From Torpedo marmorata (lineage: Eukaryota): a stretch of DNA of 64,000 nt. Made by a program: the position numbers and the translations under genes. This document shows positions 38,025 through 50,605 of the stretch, one piece after another. The notes under the pieces were generated by a model, which was not told where the DNA came from, ran no database searches, and saw nothing but the letters and a program-made list of their open reading frames with translations. Position 1 is the first letter of the stretch. Every line of letters begins with the position of its first letter. Where the stretch lies: positions 19,406,001 to 19,470,000 of the forward strand of contig OZ360233.1 of the NCBI GenBank assembly GCA_977017645.1, in the 5' to 3' direction.

Positions 38025-38393
38025 CTCATCAGCAGCAGATGACATCTGTCCCTCAACAGCCGAAGGCATCCTGATATAAAAGCTTGAGAAAATAGCACGT
38101 ATCCTCCGATTGACGAATGTCCGTCATTACATAAGACACATACAACATTTCATCATGGTTAAAGACTGCCGGGATGTGAAAATTCACAATTAAAGCTCCG
38201 AGTAAGTATTTCTGTGGGCAACTATTTCAAATCGTCCTTGACCTTGTAAATGATTTGAATGGAGGATCTCATTTTTTCTGTAGCCGGTCTACTTGTTTTG
38301 ATTTTCATATTTCATTGATAATTATTTGAAACTTACTCCGCTCATACAATGCGCCATTTTCTGATCATTTCTGCCAATAGTTCATTATATTTT

Positions 38394-38660
38394 TGGGGCG
38401 GCACGGTTGGCGTAGCGGTTAGCGCAACACTGTTACAGCGCCAGCGATCGGGAATTGGGTTCGAATACCGCGCGGTGTGTAAGGAGTTTGTACGATATCT
38501 CTGTGTCTGCGTGGGTTTCCCCGGGAGATCCGGCTCCCCCAACCGTTCGAAACGTACCGGTGGTTGTATTTTAATTGTGTGTAAATTGGGCGGCACGGAC
38601 CCGTGGGCCGAAATGGCCTGTTACAGTGCTGTATGTCTAAATTTAAAAAAAATTAAAATT
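38394..38660 (+). mobile_element. tRNA-derived V-SINE (HE1-like)
   Basis: A box tggcgtagcgg, B box ggttcgaatac, central tgtaaggagtttgtacg..gtctgcgtgggtttcc, AT-rich tail. Confidence 0.85.
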
Positions 38661-39578
38661 CTATTGCTGGAAATGCGGGTCGATGGGTTTGATACATGCC
38701 CGACCCCGAGGGAGCTTGATGTGGAAGGTAAGGAGCTCCTTTCAGAACATGAACGGCTTGAAGAAGTGGGAATTAATACGAGATTATTAGGCAACCATTT
38801 TGATCTGAAGTGCGAGCGAGTTCCTCCTGTGGAATATGGTGCATCGTTTAATTCTCTAAACGGGAACTGGTGGAAGCAAGCTTATTTGGAGTGTTTAAAG
38901 TGAAGTGTACAAATATTTGCAAGGTCACTAAATTGATGTTTGTGATGAGGTTGTTCAGAAAAGGAGATCAGCCGTTTAGCAGATCAGGCATCATCATATT
39001 GAATGACAGGAGTGGTTTGATGGGCTTTGTCCCTATTCAGCATCGATGATGCTATATTTATACAGTCCCATTGCTGACGAGTTCTCCGAACTTTCAAGCC
39101 TTGCATGGTCTCCGCTAAGGTTGCCGATAATTTACCCAAGTTACCCAAATTTCCAATTTACCAAGAGCGAAATGGCGTTTCTTGGTCAGCGCGAGTTAAA
39201 CCGATATTATGTTCCATTTATTTCTCTGGATGGGAAGTTAACTGTTCCCGGTGGTGAATTGTGGATGCGGATATATTTCAAATTAACAGAACTTCAGATG
39301 TAGGGGCGAGGATTCTGCGTTTACCTGAAAAGAACTCTGTGAAAACGAGGAATGAACGTCTGCAAGCTGACGTGGACATTCAGAACTTGTGGAAAATATC
39401 GAAAGCCTATGTTATGAACCAAAAGCCACAGCAAAACCTGCACTGGCCGAGAACAAGGGAAAGTTATGTATTTTAGGATGAGGCCCCCTGGTGACATGAA
39501 ATCAATAACATCAGAAAGGGTGCAGATATATTCAACTACAGCGGGAAAAATTGAGGTCGACAGAGTAGTGTGAGCTTA

Positions 39579-40034
39579 TACAGTGTCTGAATTCGCAGTA
39601 ATAAACTGCAGAGTCGTTCAGCTGCCGCGCATAAATTGTTAACCTGGTGGATGTTCTTGGAGTCTGAAGGTCGACCGAGAAGAGAGTTTGAGAAAGACCT
39701 GGTTCTCTTTATAACCATTCCTCTATATCAATATAATAAATCGGGCCTTGTCGTTTCTTCTTCCGATACCAAGGAAAAGAGAAGTGACTCTCTGTAGGAC
39801 CATAGATACAGTTGACAGTTACCGCACACCCTTCAATTTGTACTGCTGAAAATAGAGTCTGTGTGACATAATCTCCATGATTGGATCTATAACGAATTTC
39901 ACATGTTGAAGGATACGATTGGCATGTGTTTACACTTCAGGTGGAAGCACCTTTCGAGAAACTAGATTGATTCTTCACCATGCCATTATCTGCAGGCACG
40001 CTCCACACACAATGGAGAAGACCACGATACTCAT
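39579..40034 (-). pseudogene. Inverted TCR alpha/delta V pseudogene (V7), V1/V2 family
   Basis: Leader MSIVVFSIVCGACLQIM (ATG at 40034) with damaged donor. Exon 39886-39586: SNHGDYVTQTLFSAVQIEGCAVTVNCIYG..PWYRKKK..*..FSVDLQ..RLTIYARQLNDSAVYYCEFR. TAA at 39711-39709. Heptamer CACTGTA, no nonamer. Confidence 0.92.
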
Positions 40035-40454
40035 TTTTCCAATATAGGATGGGTTGGCTTATTTTCTCATCGTCAACTACTGTCATGCCTCAGGGTGTAT
40101 TCGCTTCTGCTATTTGTGCTGGTGGTTCTGCGGCGAACGTCGGTGGGGATTGAACATCAGCGATGTGGAACCGCTCTTCTGACACGGTACAGCGGCGAAC
40201 TGAGCACCAGCATGCTGACCGGCTATGGGATGCAGCCCAGTTCGACATCTCGTGCACAGTGCTGCAGGACGATATAAAAAAGAAGTGCAGAGTAAAAGAG
40301 AGACATCATATGGTACAAATGCAACATACTTTTACTTCTCTCAGACTCATTAAGGTGTTTGATAACGTCAGAAAACTATTTTGGAAACGGTGGTCGTGAA
40401 GTTACAATCGAGAATCTTGTTAGCGACGGGAGGAAAATGGAGACATTGTTGCCG

Positions 40455-40802
40455 AAATTTTAAATTGAAATTTAAAGTTTAAATTTAGACACAAAGCACG
40501 GTAAGAGGCCATTTCGGCCCAAGAGCTCGTGCCACCCAATTACACCCAATTAAAATACAACCCCCGGTACGATTGTGAACGTTGGGAGGAAACCGGCGCC
40601 CCCGGTGGAAACCCACGCAGATACAGAGAGGACGTGCACACTCCTTACAGACAGCGCGGAATTCGAATCCCGGTCCCGATCGCTGGCGCTGTAACTACAT
40701 TGCCAAACGTGCTGCCCTCTACGCAAACTGTTCTGCCTTCCACGCCAACCGTTCCGCCGTCTACGCCAACCGTACTGCCCTCTAGGCCATCCGTGCCACC
40801 CT
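40455..40802 (-). mobile_element. tRNA-derived V-SINE with tandemly repeated head
   Basis: Reverse complement of the 38394 family; 21-bp repeats at ~40708-40800. Confidence 0.85.
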
Positions 40803-42834
40803 ATGAGTAATTTTGTATGAGTGTAATGGTATAATTGTATGAGTATTCTAACCTTTCGTTGCTTTTCTAAGGATGTGGGAAAGAGAGATTAAGTGGATGG
40901 GTAATGTTCGTGAGATATTTTCACAACTCCACAAGTTTTTTTTTTGCGATCTTGAGCAGAATCTTTCCCTTATCACGCTTAGACGCAACCTCATATGTTG
41001 TAGGTGAAAGTTTACTTCCATTAAATAATTGTGGTTCCCTTCATATCAGCGGCAAACGTGTTCAGTTATGACCTCGTTGAACTATTTAAAAGTTAGAAGC
41101 CCTGATAAAAGGCTACTTTGCTCCAATTCACAAATTTCTTGACCTAGTCAAGAAATGACATGCCTGCCACGATTCTTAGTGTCCCTGGTTTAATTTATTT
41201 TTAATTTCCCGACCTCGTTTGCATTTTATTACACATTTCACTCTTTATGGATGAACGCGTCTGCAGCGGTTGGTACAAGAGGAAATTATTGTGTTAAGTG
41301 TGTTGTGACGTATGAAGAGTGAACTAGTGGAAAGAATTAAGTTTACGGGACGGCATAAAAGCGTTGTTGACGAGTTTCTTTCAGCAGCGAGAGAATCTGG
41401 AACCAGTGGGCAAATTTAAGAACTAAGGATCACAGCAAAATGTATTGCGTCCGGATTTCATCTCGCAGAGATTGGGGAATATTTGAAATTTTGTATGAAG
41501 TCAGATGCGAATTCTAATTATTAGGAACGGGGTCTTCAAAGTGATGTAGAAAACTGTGTGAAACACTAGGAAATAGAGGGCCGTGAAGGGCGGATAGGGA
41601 AGGTAAGATTGGGCGTGATCACTTTGAACGCAGGAGCAGGATTGAGCCATCTAGTGGAGTTTTCCTTGACTTACTCTGCTGCGTTCATAAAGTAGTGCTG
41701 TGGAAGGGCTTCCAGCGGTGGTTATACCCCGAGATCTCTCCGAATTTTACCATTGATTTCTCCCGATGTTTAACTTAAGTGATCTGTTGGTACGATTTGA
41801 CACTTCTTTCCATCAGTCTGAATAAATATTTGTTATTTAGGTTCATTTATTCCTCTTACTTCAAGTGAACATGCTCCTGATTATGAAGTTGGTTTGGCGA
41901 TTGGTAAGATATCCACACATCTCCTGAAGTGGGGCGAATGATGTAAATCTTACCCTTCCCTCACATTTCCATTATTGGTACACGGATCGCCATCGTCGGT
42001 CTCAAAACCAGAAATGTCCCCGAATTTTATGTTTCTCATCAATGCCCTATCCAATCATGGAGACGACCCGAATTCTATTCCCTTTAATAAAATATTGCGT
42101 GCCACCGAGAGAAGGTCTTCTGAATCTTCAAGTTCTTCACTTCAATCCTTTGCACTTTTCCATTCTTCTGGTTTGGATCTCAAAAAGGACTGTGATAAAT
42201 TAGCTAAAGTGATTCTCCTCTCTTAAATCCTTGTTGACATTCCATAAGTCAATATTACCTTAACGTTTCACGTATCTACTTCATAAAATACAGTGTATTT
42301 AGAAGATCGGAGTATAACTTTATGCGCGTCGAACCCATTCTACCCTTCTGAAAGTGGCAATGAATCAGTTGTTGTATTGTTTTTCCCGCTGGCAGACAAA
42401 GGTGGCGATGCTTCTGTAGGTCATTGAGCGCGAAAGAGCGCTGAAAATAAGGGGGTTCCTTGTTCTCGGGATGAGGCTGCACCCACACAATTGGTGGAGC
42501 GTGTAGCAAAAGTTGCTGTTCGAAATGTTCACGATTGTTGGAGGCAATCAAATGATTATGAACATTCGGAAATGTTCGTGAAGGGATGTTCTAAAAATTG
42601 CATGACCGCCAAGTAGTTATATTGTTGTCCTTGCAACATTGACTCGTCCTCCGCATTTAGTGGGTGGTTCTCGTGAACGGCAGCTCCAAATAGCAGATAT
42701 AAGGTTCAGGTTTAAACGTTTTTCAGTTAGAATGTGGCCTCTAAGTCAAATATATATGCCAAGAAATGTTTCTGGTCATGAGCGAGCCTTGCGTGGCGCG
42801 GTACGTATTATTGCCGCCATTATGCGCAGGCATG

Positions 42835-43635
42835 GGAGGTCCTAAATGAATACTTCGCTTCAGTGTTGACCAGAGAGAGGGACTTGGTCTATGTGAGGGC
42901 AGTATAGAAAAAGCTTTTAAGTTGGAGCAGGTTGAGTTGAGGTTATGAGAGAGGAAGTTCTGGATCTTCTTTAAACATGAGGATTGATAAGTTCTTGACC
43001 CTAGACGAGATATCCCCTACGTTAGTCTTACGTCAGTGGTGGGCGAAGTATGGGAGAGGATTCTAATGGACAGGATTTACGAGCATTTAGAAAGGTATAA
43101 TCTTCTTAGCAATAGTTAGCATGGCTTTGTGAGGGGCAGTTCATGCCTCACGAGCCTAGTTGAGATTTGTGAGGAAGTAAGAAAAGCAAATTATGAAGGT
43201 ACAGCGGTAGATCCGGTATATATGGATTTTACTAAGGCATCTGACAATGTACCACATGGTAGACTCATTCAGAAAGTCATGAGGCATGGGGTCCAAGGAA
43301 CCTTGTTTGTTTGGATTCCGAATTGGCTTCCTTGCAAAAAGCAGAGGGTAATAGTAGATGGAACATATTGTGCCTGGAGGTTAGTGCCTCGTAGAATACT
43401 GCAGGGCCCTGCATCTTTGTGACTTTTTATAAATGTCCTGGACGACGGAGGAGAGGAATGGATCAGTCAGGTTGCAGATGACATGAAGATTGGAGGTGTT
43501 GTGGACAGTGTAGAAGATTGTCCTAGGTTACAAAAGGATATAGATAGGAGGCAGAGATGGGCAGAATTTTGGCAGAATAGTGACAGATGGAGTTCGGTCC
43601 GAATAAATGTGAAGTGATACATTTTGAAATCAAAT
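42835..43635 (+). mobile_element. CR1 LINE ORF2 internal fragment
   Basis: GSSCLTSLVE..VYMDFTKASDNVPHGRL, VADDMKIGG, KCEVIHF. Confidence 0.88.
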
Positions 43636-43649
43636 GGGTTCATCTATTT

Positions 43650-46160
43650 CTACTGTATGCCATGGTGATGAGTAAAAACGGTAGGCATTGTACACAGATC
43701 AAAAATCAAAAATGTGTGACTGCAGTTTTCTGCTAATTTAAGTTGCAGGCGATCATCGCACCTTTTTACTCTGCCATCGGATTGTGGATTAAACACATAA
43801 TAGAATTTCTGCCTCAATTCCATAGCTTTACACAGTGAATCCGTAAGCTCGTTTTCAAAATTAGAGTCATTATCACTTCTCAGCGTCTGATACACTCCAA
43901 ACCGTTGAAGGATTTCTTTCGTAAGCACTTTTGCTGCAGTTCTGGCGTCTGCATGCGCGATGGAATCGATATCGAGAAACTATCAATTATTACTGGGCAG
44001 TAGCGCTTTCCTTCTGCGCGGTCGACCATATCTACAGTATGTCGTCCATTACCAGGTGAGTAAATGGACCCACCGATGTTGGAAAATGGTATGAATTCCT
44101 TTCTTTATGCACGTTTCTTGGCAAGTTTGGCATCATGTATTTTCCACGTGTTCAGTCAATTTATGTGTAAACCAATGGTTCTGAATTTTGTTCATCATCT
44201 CCTCTCTTGCAGAATGGCTCACTCCATGGAGATATTCTGCAAAGTCCCTATATTGAGGAGCTCGGCGCCATGTGACATCTTATTGTTTGTTGCCTCTACA
44301 GGCATTCTGATATGCAGGGTGCACTCTCTGCTTTCCCAGTCTTGTTTATCACTAACTGATGTGGCCTGTTGTGCTTCAATCAAATTTGGAAGAGGTACTT
44401 TCTCACTTCTAAAAACGCTGCGTAGATCCCGGAGGACAGTGTTCATGTCAGTGTTCCAAACCCAGACCTGCGTTTTTCGCGGCCTTGTCAACATGATTAT
44501 TATTAATGGACACTGGATCAGTGCTGCATGTGTGTGCTCCACGGTTTATCACTGCCAATTTAGATGGTAGTTTCATGGTCGCAAGCAATTCTATATTTTC
44601 ATGCACGTTTCTAACAGGGTTTCTTACAACAGTTAGGAACCCTCTTCTTGCCAAAATCTTACCCCAGTTATGGACTACTCCTAGTCGATCGCAGAATTGG
44701 TGTAAATGTTGGATGCTTGCCTTTCGCACAGTCTTGTTTGCATAAGATAATGCTAAGAGTTCGGCGTGTTGTGGGCTGTTGCCTGAATTCAGTGCTTTTT
44801 ATTCAATAATCCGGTAATCGTACGTGTCTGTTTGTTCGATTATTGCAAAGCCGGCCACTCTCCCTTCTGTCGGTCGATAATGGTCTATTAACCGATGAAA
44901 AGCACTATATTCGGACTTGACCGAGGGTCTGTATGCATGTCATCTCTGCCTCGGGAACCTTGTTGCACAATCGCCTGCCACTCATGCTCCTGTCCATTGG
45001 AGGGTGTCATCATTAGTTCTGCTTGGTTTATAGTCTTGCCCCTGAAAATTGACAGCCTTGGGTGTGTCAACGATACCTCATAACCCCTTTCTCTCCTGTG
45101 CGTGAGAGAAGATTTTCTTCGGCTCAATACTGCTTTTACTGCCTGTGATACATACAGAGTCACTTCATGTATGGCTATTATTGGAGTGGCCTTGCCACAG
45201 CAAATGCCGCTGAGCTCATCGTCTCTCACGTGGATGCCGCCCTCCTTCGACTGACTCCGTGCGTGCGGTATAATACGCTACGGATTCGTGCAGAGCACCG
45301 TCCTTCCAGGTAACGACACCCGTTCCGAGCACCCCTCCACTGAAGGGATAGAAAGCTTCCCGTCGACTGGAAGTGCCAAAAAGCGGTGGTCATTCAGGAT
45401 CGACGAAAGGGAAGGGCTGACAGAGATGGCGGTGTTTGCACCTCTCCGTTATTTTCGGGCTCTCTGTCATCTGCACTCATGGCCCTCACTGATCTCCATG
45501 CATCTCGAAACCGTTGAGACTTGCTTTTCCACTGGTTTAGCTGTGCCTTGTGTGTTGTTAACTTGTCCTTCTCTCCTATTTTAGCCTTGGCTACCTCATT
45601 ACAATGGATGGTGCCAACACATTGCATATATACTGGGATGAATGTCCCCTCCTCTGGTCCAAGGTTCGTATCAGTTTTTTTGTCCATTTTATTTACTTAT
45701 TCAGTGTCTGGTCATAATCTGTCAGGAAAAAACTCTTCATGTGCTCGTTGGGTGTTACCAGTTTTGCCTTTTCCTGAATTCCTTCCATTCTAAGTGATTT
45801 TTACACCAGGCTTTGTGGCGCAGATTCCATTATTAAGCGGTTAATACATGTACAGATTTTATTAGTCGTCACCCATTCCGGACTCGGTCGTGGCCTTCCG
45901 ACGTATCTTATCCCCCAAATTCCCCCTAACCCTTCCTTGTTATGTCTTCTTTTTGATTTTACTTACCCATCTTTCTCTTTTTGTTGAACTTGGTTCAGTG
46001 GCGGACGGTTCTGTCGAAGGTCCACGATTCGCTTCTTTGCTAAGGGTAGATCAAAGGCGGACACAGCCATTGATTCAACATGGCTGGGGCTAGTTCAGAG
46101 ACTCACGATTCGACCATCGTGGGCCTTGTTCAGTGGCGGCCACACCTCATGATTCACCCT
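43650..46160 (-). mobile_element. ERV internal remnant (leader/gag piece, RNase H region, integrase), heavily deleted
   Basis: EILQRFGVYQTLRSDNDSNF..FNPQSDGRVKR (integrase core), NVHENIELL..KLPSKLAVI (RNase H), SLTHRRERGYEVSLTHPRL (tether). Confidence 0.8.
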
Positions 46161-46162
46161 GG

Positions 46163-49100
46163 AACCATAGAACCAAAGAATGTTCAGCACAGAAAACAGG
46201 CCATTCGGCCCTTCTAGTCTGTGCCGACCATTAATCCGCTAGTCCCAATGATCAGCTCCCATTCCATAACCCTCCAGACCACTCCCATCCATGTATCTTA
46301 CCAATTTATTCCGAAAACGTAAGATCGAGCCCGCATTCACCACGTAAGATGGCAGCTCGTTCCACACACCCACCACTCTCTGATTGAAGAAGGTCCCCCT
46401 CATGTTCCCCTAAACCTTCCTCCTTTCGCCCTAAAGCAATGTCCTCTCGTACTTATCTCCCCCAATCTAAGTGGAAAAAGCCTACTCGCATCCACGCTGT
46501 CGATACCTCTCATAATATTGTAAACCTCGATCAAATCTCTCCTCATTCTTCTTCTTTCCAAGGAATATATTGCTAATCTGTTTAATGTTTCCCTGTAACT
46601 CAAATCCGGAAGACCCGGAAACATCTTAGTAAATCTTCTCTGGACTCTTTCTATCTTATTGATATCCTTCCTGTAGTTAGGAGACCAGAACTGCACACAA
46701 TATTCCAAATTTGTCCTCACCAATGTTAAACAACTTCAGCATAACATCCAAACTCCTATACTCAATACTTTGATTTATAAAGGCTAAGATTCCAAAAGCT
46801 TTCTTTGCAACCCTATACACCTGCGACGCCACCTTCAGGGAACAATGTATCTGTATCCCAGATATTAATGCTCCTCCGCACTCCTCCGTGCCCTACCATT
46901 TACTGTGTATGTCCTACCTTGGTTTGCTCTTCCAAAATGCAGCACCTCACACGTGTCTGCATTAAATAGCATCTGCCATTTACTGGCCCATTATCCCAGC
47001 TGGTCCAGATCCCTCTGCAAGCTTTGAAAATCGTCCTCACTGTCCTCTACGCCCCCTATCTGTGTGTCATGACCAAACTTGCTGATCAAATTTAGCACAC
47101 TATCATCCAGATCATTGATATAGACAACAAACAACAATGGTCCCAACACATATCCCTGATGCACACCACTAGTCACAGACCTCCAGTCCGTGAAACAAGC
47201 TTCCACTACCACTCACTGATTTCTCACACACAGCCAATTTCGAATCCAGTTTACAACCTCTCCATGGATACCTAGTGTCATAACCTTCTGAGCTAACCTC
47301 CCATGTGGGACCTTCTCAAAGGCCTTACTAAAGTCCATGTAGACAACGTCCACAGTCTTTCCCTCATCTACCTTCTTGGTAACTTCTTCAAAAAACTCTA
47401 CAAGAGTCGTTAAACACGACCTAGCACGCACAAAGCCATGTTGACTGTCCTTAATCAGCCCATGGCTTTCCAAATACCTATATATGCTATCTGTCAGAAC
47501 TCCGTCAAATAGTCTACTAGCTGCTGACGTCAGGCGCACCGGCCTATAATTACCTGGTTTACTTTTGGAGCCTTTTTTAAACAACGGTACGACATGAGCT
47601 GCCCTCCAATCCTCCGGCACCTCACCCGTGTCTAAGGACATTTTGAATATATCTGACAGGGACCCTTCATTTTCTACACTAGAGTGCCTCAATGTCCGAG
47701 GGAATATCATATCCGGCCCGGGGGATTTTTCTACCTTTGTTCGCTGTGAGGCAGCAAGCATCTCCTCATCCCTAATCTCCGTATGTTCCATGACACTTCT
47801 GTTTGTTTCCCTTCCTTTCTTATGCACTATGCCAGTTTCATGATTAAATACTGATGCAAAATAAAGTGTTTACGATCTCCCCCATTTAGTGAGACGCCAC
47901 ACATAGTTAGCCACTCTGATCCTCTCGTGGACCAATTTTTTCCATTACTATACTTTTACTCTTAATATACTTGCAGAACCCCTTCGGAGTGACCTTCAAA
48001 TTATCTTCGAAAGCAACCCCATGTCTCCTTTCTCCTTTTTTAGTATTTTGTTACATTTTCTATATTCTTGAAGTACTTCATTTCCTCCTTGTTGCCTATA
48101 CCTGTTATACACCTCTCTCTTTCTCTTAACCAGATCACCAATATCCCTTGAAAACCAAGGTTCCTTTTGCCTGTTAACTTTGCCTTTAATCCTGGGAGGA
48201 ACATGCAAACCCTGCACTCTCACAATTTCGCCTTTGAAGGCCTTCCACTCGCTGGATACTTCCATGCGAGAAAGCAACTTATTCCAATCCGCTGTTCGCC
48301 TACACATACTTTTGTCACCTGACTAGCCTGGTTCCCTAATAGGAGATCAAGTATTGAATTTTCTCTCTTTGATACCTCTATATATTGATTTAGAAAACTT
48401 TCCTGAAAACATTTGACAAACTCCAAGCCATCCAGCCCTTTTAAAGTATGTAAGTCCCAGTCAATATGTGGAAAGTTAAAATATCCTACTGTCACAACTT
48501 TCTGTTTCTTACATTTGTCTGCATATTTTCTCCTTCAATTCTCTCTGACTATTGGGCGGTCTATAATATAACCCTAAAAGTGTGGTCACACATTTCACAT
48601 TCCTCAGCTCCAGCCATATGGCCTATGTAGACGATCCCTCCGGGCTGTCCTGTCTACGGACAGCTGTGATTTTTTCCCTGACTATAAATGCCACTCGTCC
48701 ACTTTCATCTCTCCCCCACTATCACGTCTGAAAAAACGAAACCCCGGAACATTGAGCTGCCAGTCCTTCCCCTCCTGCAACCAAGTCTCACTAATAGCAA
48801 TCAACTTGTAATCCCACGTGCCAATCCACTCTATCAGCTCATCTGCTTACCGACAATACTCCTTTCATTGAAATAGATGATCCTGAAAACATTTATATCA
48901 CGTTAAAACCTCTGATTTCTGCCTGTACATGCAGTCCTCGCATGACCCTTATCCTTCTCCTCCTCACTATCTGCTCTAACACGCTGGTTCCCTTCCCCCT
49001 GTAAATATAGTTTAAACCCCCCGGAACAGCACTAGCAACCCTACCCGCAAGGATGTTAGTCCCCCTCCAGTTCAGGTGTAAACCGTCCCGTCGGAACAGG

Positions 49101-49440
49101 TCACACTTTCCCTCGAACAGAGCCCAATTTTCCAGAAACATGAAGCCTGCCTCCAGCACCATCACCTTAGCCACGTATTTAGCTGCATTATCTTCCTATT
49201 TCCAGCCTCACGAGCACGTGGCACGGGTAGCAATCCTGAGATCCCAACCCTGGAGGTCCTGGCCTTCAGCATTGCACCTGACACCACAAACTCTCCTTGT
49301 AGGACCTCCCACCCTTCCAACCCACGACATTGTTCCCTACATGGATCACGACATCTGGCTTCTCATCCTCCCTCCTGAGAATAGGGAGAACGCGATCCGA
49401 GATATCGCGGACCCTGGCATCATGGAGGCAACAGACCATT
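46163..49440 (-). mobile_element. CR1 LINE, ORF1 esterase end through ORF2 and 3' tail, degenerate
   Basis: LFRRDGLHLNWRGTNIL (SGNH), GYFNFPHIDW, KSPGPD, NYRPVRLTS, YMDFSKAF, YCVQFWSP. Confidence 0.93.
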
Positions 49441-49696
49441 CTATTTTATGTTTTCTGCTAAAACACTTTGTTTCTCCGATTCCCTTATTCTTCACTTAAT
49501 TGTACATCATCTCTCATCTTACATCACATATTATTCTACTTCACTCTTAAAACCCCAAATATTTCATTCTCAGCCGTGCATTCCTCAACCAGACTCCTGC
49601 TTTTTAAATTCAAAATTAAGGACTCACCCACGAAAGACCGTCACCAGAACAAGACAGCAACTGGAACCGCCGGAACGCGCCGAGCCTTCTTCATAG

Positions 49697-49999
49697 AGGT
49701 TTATGAAAATGTGTCTGCTAACCCTAATCTAATTTCGCCAGCTATATACCGGAGGAACCCTGCAGTCGGTCGACCCCCTATAAGGGTATTTCCGTTATAT
49801 TGGACTTCTCCCTGGCTTGTAATGAATCGGTATCGATGCCTCGGTGAGGTTCTGGTGTGATATCCCAATCAGTAGTCCACTCTCTTGAGGAATGAAGGAC
49901 CCGGACACGTCTATTTCAGGCAATTCCATTTCTTTGATGCGCATGGCTGAGGGAGATCCGTCATCTCCGCAGAGGATCGAGTTGCCCGCGACCACAGTT
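49697..49999 (+). pseudogene. Candidate highly decayed IgH-like V segment
   Basis: After a TTCATAG acceptor, across frames: GGTLQ, DFSLAC, MNRYRCLGEVLV* (cf. MNWYRQxPGEGLVW), GMKDPDTSISGNSISL, TGC CCG CGA then CACAGTT. No clear leader or nonamer. Confidence 0.45.
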
Positions 50000-50324
50000 T
50001 ATATGTTCCAACGCTATCCAACGTTAACCAATCACAAACCAATCGCCTCAGATGTTTCGAACATTATCCCATTAGAATTAAGCTACGCGATGCCCGCCTT
50101 CATGTTGCATCATATTGTGAACCAAACTAAGAGACATGCCCTCCCTCCCTCACGTATTTTGTGCAGTTTCTGATCCTCGATTTCTTGTAAGTCACATTAT
50201 TTCGCAGATATAAGGACTCGTGGAATTTCATCACCTGGGCTGTTGTTTATAGGCAACGACGCTATCCTTGGATATCTGAAACCGTCCGAGAATAATCATT
50301 AATCAAATTATATTAATCAACACC

Positions 50325-50580
50325 AGCAGCGGTTAGCGCAACGCCTTTACAGCGCAAGCGATCGGGACCGGACCCGGGTTAGAGTCCTGCGCTGTCTATA
50401 AGGAATTTGTACGTTCTCCCCGTGTCTGCGTGGGTTTTCCCGGGGGCTCCGGTTTCATCCCACCGTTCGAAACCTACGGAGGGTGGAGGTTAATGGGGCG
50501 AACATTGGGCGGCACTGACTCGTGTGCCGAATTGGCCTGTTATCGTACTGTATGTCTAAATTTAAAATTTAAATGTAAAT
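50325..50580 (+). mobile_element. tRNA-derived V-SINE
   Basis: agcggttagcgcaacgcctttacagcg..., central gtacgttctccccgtgtctgcgtggg, taaattt tail. Confidence 0.85.
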
Positions 50581-50605
50581 GTATCATCAACAGTATATAG
50601 TATCC

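Noticed and set aside
41900-42240. Faint V-set-like motifs on the minus strand (LSQS, WH, KGIEF, ISG, NVRE)
   Set aside because: Neither conserved cysteine nor a credible RSS; needs a profile search.
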